Source: Macrostomum lignano | Lineage: Eukaryota | Direction of reading: 5' to 3' | NCBI GenBank assembly: GCA_002269645.1 | Contig: NIVC01000056.1 | Span: forward strand, 868,001 to 932,000 | Length of the DNA stretch: 64,000 nucleotides | Part shown: positions 60,364 through 64,000 of the stretch, piece after piece | Position numbering within the stretch: the first letter of the stretch is position 1 | Layout: each line of letters begins with the position of its first letter | Program-made: the position numbers and the translations under genes | The notes under the pieces: model-generated | The model's database searches: none | What the model was told of the DNA's origin: nothing | Seen by the model: the letters and a program-made list of their open reading frames with translations, nothing else

Positions 60364-63300
60364 CTTTACTGCTGCTGTCTCAGTCACCGGTGCTTTCTCC
60401 TTGCTGCTGTCTCAGTCACCGGTGCTTTCTCCTTGCTGCTGTCTCAGTCACCGGTGCTTTCTCCTTGCTGCAGTCTCAGTCACCGGTGCTTTCTCCTTGC
60501 TGCTGTCTCAGTCACCGGTGCTTTCTCCTTGCTGCTGTCTCAGTCACCGGTGCTTTCTCCTTGCTGCAGTCTGAGTCACCGGTGCTTTCTCCTTGCTGCT
60601 GTCTCAGTCACCGGTGCTTTCTCCTTGCTGCAGTCTCAGTCACCGGTGCTTCTGCTTGCTGCTGTCTCAGTCACCGGTGCTTCTGCTTGCTGCTGTCTCA
60701 GTCACCGGTGCTTCTCCTTGCTGCAGTCTCAGTCACCGGTGCTTCTGCTTGCTGCTGTCTCAGTCACCGGTGCTTCTGCTTGCTGCTGTCTCAGTCACCG
60801 GTGCTTCTCCTTGCGGCAGTCTCAGTCACCGGTGCTTCTCCTTGCTGCAGTCTCAGTCACCGGTGCTTCTCCTTGCTGCTGTCTCAGTCACCGGTGCTTC
60901 TGCTTGCTGTTGTCTCAGTCACCGGTGCTTCTCCTTGCTGCTGTCTCAGTAACCGGTGCTTCTCCTTGCTGCTGTCTCAGTAACCGGTGCTTCTCCTTGC
61001 TGCAGTCTCAGTCACCGGTGCTTCTCCTTGCTACAGTCTCAGTCACCGGTGCTTTCTCCTTGCGGCAGTTTCAGTCACCGGTGCTTTCTCCTTGCTGCAG
61101 TCTCAGTCACCAGTGCTTTCTCCTTGCTGCTGTCTCAGTCACCGGTGCTTTCTCCTTGCTGCTGTCTCAGTCACCGGTGCTTTCTCCTTGCTGCTGTCTC
61201 AGTCACCGGTGCTTTCTCCTTGCTGCTGTCTCAGTCACCGGTGCTTTCTCCTTGCTGCAGTCTCAGTCACCGGTGCTTCTGCTTGCTGCTGTCTCAGTCA
61301 CCGGTGCTTCTGCTTGCTGCTGTCTCAGTCACCGGTGCTTCTCCTTGCTGCAGTCTCAGTCACCGGTGCTTCTGCTTGCTGCTGTCTCAGTCACCGGTGC
61401 TTCTGCTTGCTGCTGTCTCAGTCACCGGTGCTTCTCCTTGCTGCAGTCTCAGTCACCGGTGCTTTCTCCTTGCTGCTGTCTCAGTCACCGGTGCTTCTCC
61501 TTGCTGCAGTCTCAGTCACCGGTGCTTTCTCCTTGCTGCAGTCTCAGTCACCGGTGCTTCTCCTTGCTGCTGTCTCAGTCACCGGTGCTTCTGCTTGCTG
61601 CTGTCTCAGTCACCGGTGCTTCTCCTTGCTGCTGTCTCAGTAACCGGTGCTTCTCCTTGCTGCTGTCTCAGTAACCGGTGCTTCTCCTTGCTGCAGTCTC
61701 AGTCACCGGTGCTTCTCCTTGCTACAGTCTCAGTCACCGGTGCTTTCTCCTTGCGGCAGTTTCAGTCACCGGTGCTTTCTCCTTGCTGCAGTCTCAGTCA
61801 CCGGTGCTTCTCCTTGCTGCAGTCTCAGTCACCGGTGCTTTCTCCTTGCTGCAGTCTCAGTCACCGGTGCTTCTCCTTGCTGCTGTCTCAGTCACCGGTG
61901 CTTTCTCCTTGCTGCTGTCTCAGTCACCGGTGCTTCTCCTTGCTGCTGTCTCAGTAACCGGTGCTTCTCCTTGCTGCTGTCTCAGTAACCGGTGCTTCTC
62001 CTTGCTGCAGTCTCAGTCACCGGTGCTTCTCCTTGCTACAGTCTCAGTCACCGGTGCTTTCTCCTTGCGGCAGTTTCAGTCACCGGTGCTTTCTCCTTGC
62101 TGCAGTCTCAGTCACCAGTGCTTTCTCCTTGCTGCTGTCTCAGTCACCGGTGCTTTCTCCTTGCTGCTGTCTCAGTCACCGGTGCTTTCTCCTTGCTGCT
62201 GTCTCAGTCACCGGTGCTTTCGCCTTGCTGCAGTCTCAGTAACCGGTGCTTTCTCCTTGCTGCAGTCTCAGTAACCGGTGCTTCTCCTTGCTGCAGTCTC
62301 AGTAACCGGTGCTTCTCCTTGCTGCTGTCTCAGTCACCGGTGCTTTCTCCTTGCTGGTGTCTCAGTCACCGGTGCTTTCTCCTTGCTGCTGTCTCAGTCA
62401 CCGGTGCTTTCTCCTTGCTGCTGTCTCAGTCACCGGTGCTTTCTCCTTGCTGCTGTCTCAGTCACCGGTGCTTTCTCCTTGCTGCTGTCTCAGTCACCGG
62501 TGCTTTCTCCTTGCTGCTGTCTCAGTCACCGGTGCTTTCTCCTTGCTACTGTCTCAGTCACCGGTGCTTTCTCCTTGCTACTGTCTCAGTCACCGGTGCT
62601 TTCTCCTTGCGGCAGTTTCAGTCACCGGTGCTTTCTCCTTGCTGCAGTCTCAGTCACCGGTGCTTTCTCCTTGCTGCAGTCTCAGTCACCGGTGCTTTCT
62701 CCTTGCTGCAGTCTCAGTCACCGGTGCTTTCTCCTTGCTGCAGTCTCAGTCACCGGTGCTTTCTCCTTGCTACAGTTTCAGTCACCGGTGCTTTCTCCTT
62801 GCTGCAGTCTCAGTCACCGGTGCTTTCTCCTTGCGGCAGTCTCAGTCACCGGTGCTTTCTCTTTGCTGCAGTCTCAGTCACCGGTGCTTTCTCCTTGCGG
62901 CAGTCTCAGTCACCGGTGCTTTCTCCTTGCGGCAGTCTCAGTCACCGGTGCTTTCTCCTTGCGGCAGTCTCAGTCACCGGTGCTTTCTCCTTGCTGCAGT
63001 CTCAGTCACCGGTGCTTTCTCCCTGCTGCAGTCTCAGTCACCGGTGCTTTCTCCTTGCTACTGTCTCAGTCACCGGTGCTTTCTCCTTGCGGCAGTCTCA
63101 GTCACCGGTGCTTTCTCCTTGCTGCAGTCTCAGTCACCGGTGCTTTCTCCCTGCTGCAGTCTCAGTCACCGGTGCTTTCTCCTTGCTACTGTCTCAGTCA
63201 CCGGTGCTTTCTCCTTGCTGCAGTCTCAGTCACCGGTGCTTTCTCCTTGCTACTGTCTCAGTCACCGGTGCTTTCTCCTTGCTACTGACTCAGTCGCAGC
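60364..63300. repeat. About 2.9 kb 31/32 bp minisatellite (GTCTCAGTCACCGGTGCTTTCTCCTTGCTGCT)
   Basis: Direct observation of roughly 90 units. Confidence 0.97.
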
Positions 63301-64000
63301 TGATGCAGACCTAAATTGGCAGTTTAACTTCCTCAGACTGCAGAGTCAGATAAAAATGCTGTTTACGATAGCTACAAGCGTAAATGGCTTTTAAGTGTAA
63401 CGCGCGTAGCTCTTATTTGCTTCTGCAAGCGCCCGCAGTTCTCGTGAATGTGCATACATTTATGTACAAACACGTGCAAATATGCGCAAAACTCTCGTAT
63501 ATGGAGGGGAAGACTACGTACAGAGGACGGAAAAGGGGGTAGAGAATGAAAAAAACACCTGCATTTTGATACGGATAGGAAGACAATTCATGCACGGCTA
63601 GGTAAGGACAGCAACTGTAGAATTCTATAATTGAAATTTTAATCTAATTTTACTTTCTAACCAAGGGTTTTCTAGATATTTAGTTAACTTTGGGTAGGTT
63701 CGAAATATATATATTCTGTGCTATTAAGTGCCTTCAGTCGTCGCCATGAATTCTGGACTGAAGCTCAACAGTTTTAACTGCGCATAGGTATTTATCCTTG
63801 TGTCAACTAACAATCGATTTCATCTTGTGAATAATTTTTATAACGTTTGCATTTCCCGATCTCCATTTCAATTTCTTCCACAACGGGATCGTACTACAAT
63901 ATAAAGCTGTCGTAGCGCAAGTTTGATCGTACGTCGAAACTTCTACACTGCGGAGATAGAAGCTAAGAACGATCTCAACATAGAACGGGCCCAATGTCTT

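Noticed and set aside
60390-63394. Overlapping 200-440 aa Cys/Leu/Ser-rich plus-strand ORFs
   Set aside because: They arise from a stop-free 31/32-bp unit cycling through all three frames.

Overview
Eukaryotic, intron-rich, minisatellite-dense genomic DNA. The gene set, GT-AG introns and (TTAGGG)n tracts suggest a free-living invertebrate such as a macrostomid flatworm, which is inference only. The genes supported are the 3' part of a Shal/Kv4 potassium channel, THOC6, a five-exon lipase of the bacterial/plant/oomycete family I.5/I.6 type with a 20x octapeptide repeat, a four-RRM nucleolin, three tandem NAD(P)H flavin-reductase/BLVRB-like copies (one intact, two damaged), two C-type lectin genes, a GT32 glycosyltransferase whose intron holds a decayed Gypsy element and a hAT MITE, and an ankyrin-repeat cGAS-like (Mab21/cGLR) nucleotidyltransferase. 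A 12-kb block (32.9-45.0 kb) is three non-autonomous Helitron-like units, one head-to-tail and one head-to-head junction, each carrying telomere-like repeats and a 22-23 bp satellite. The most promising leads are the ANK-cGLR fusion, the Helitron-satellite palindrome and the lipase with a non-animal family signature. Exon boundaries were read by eye and no database searches were run.
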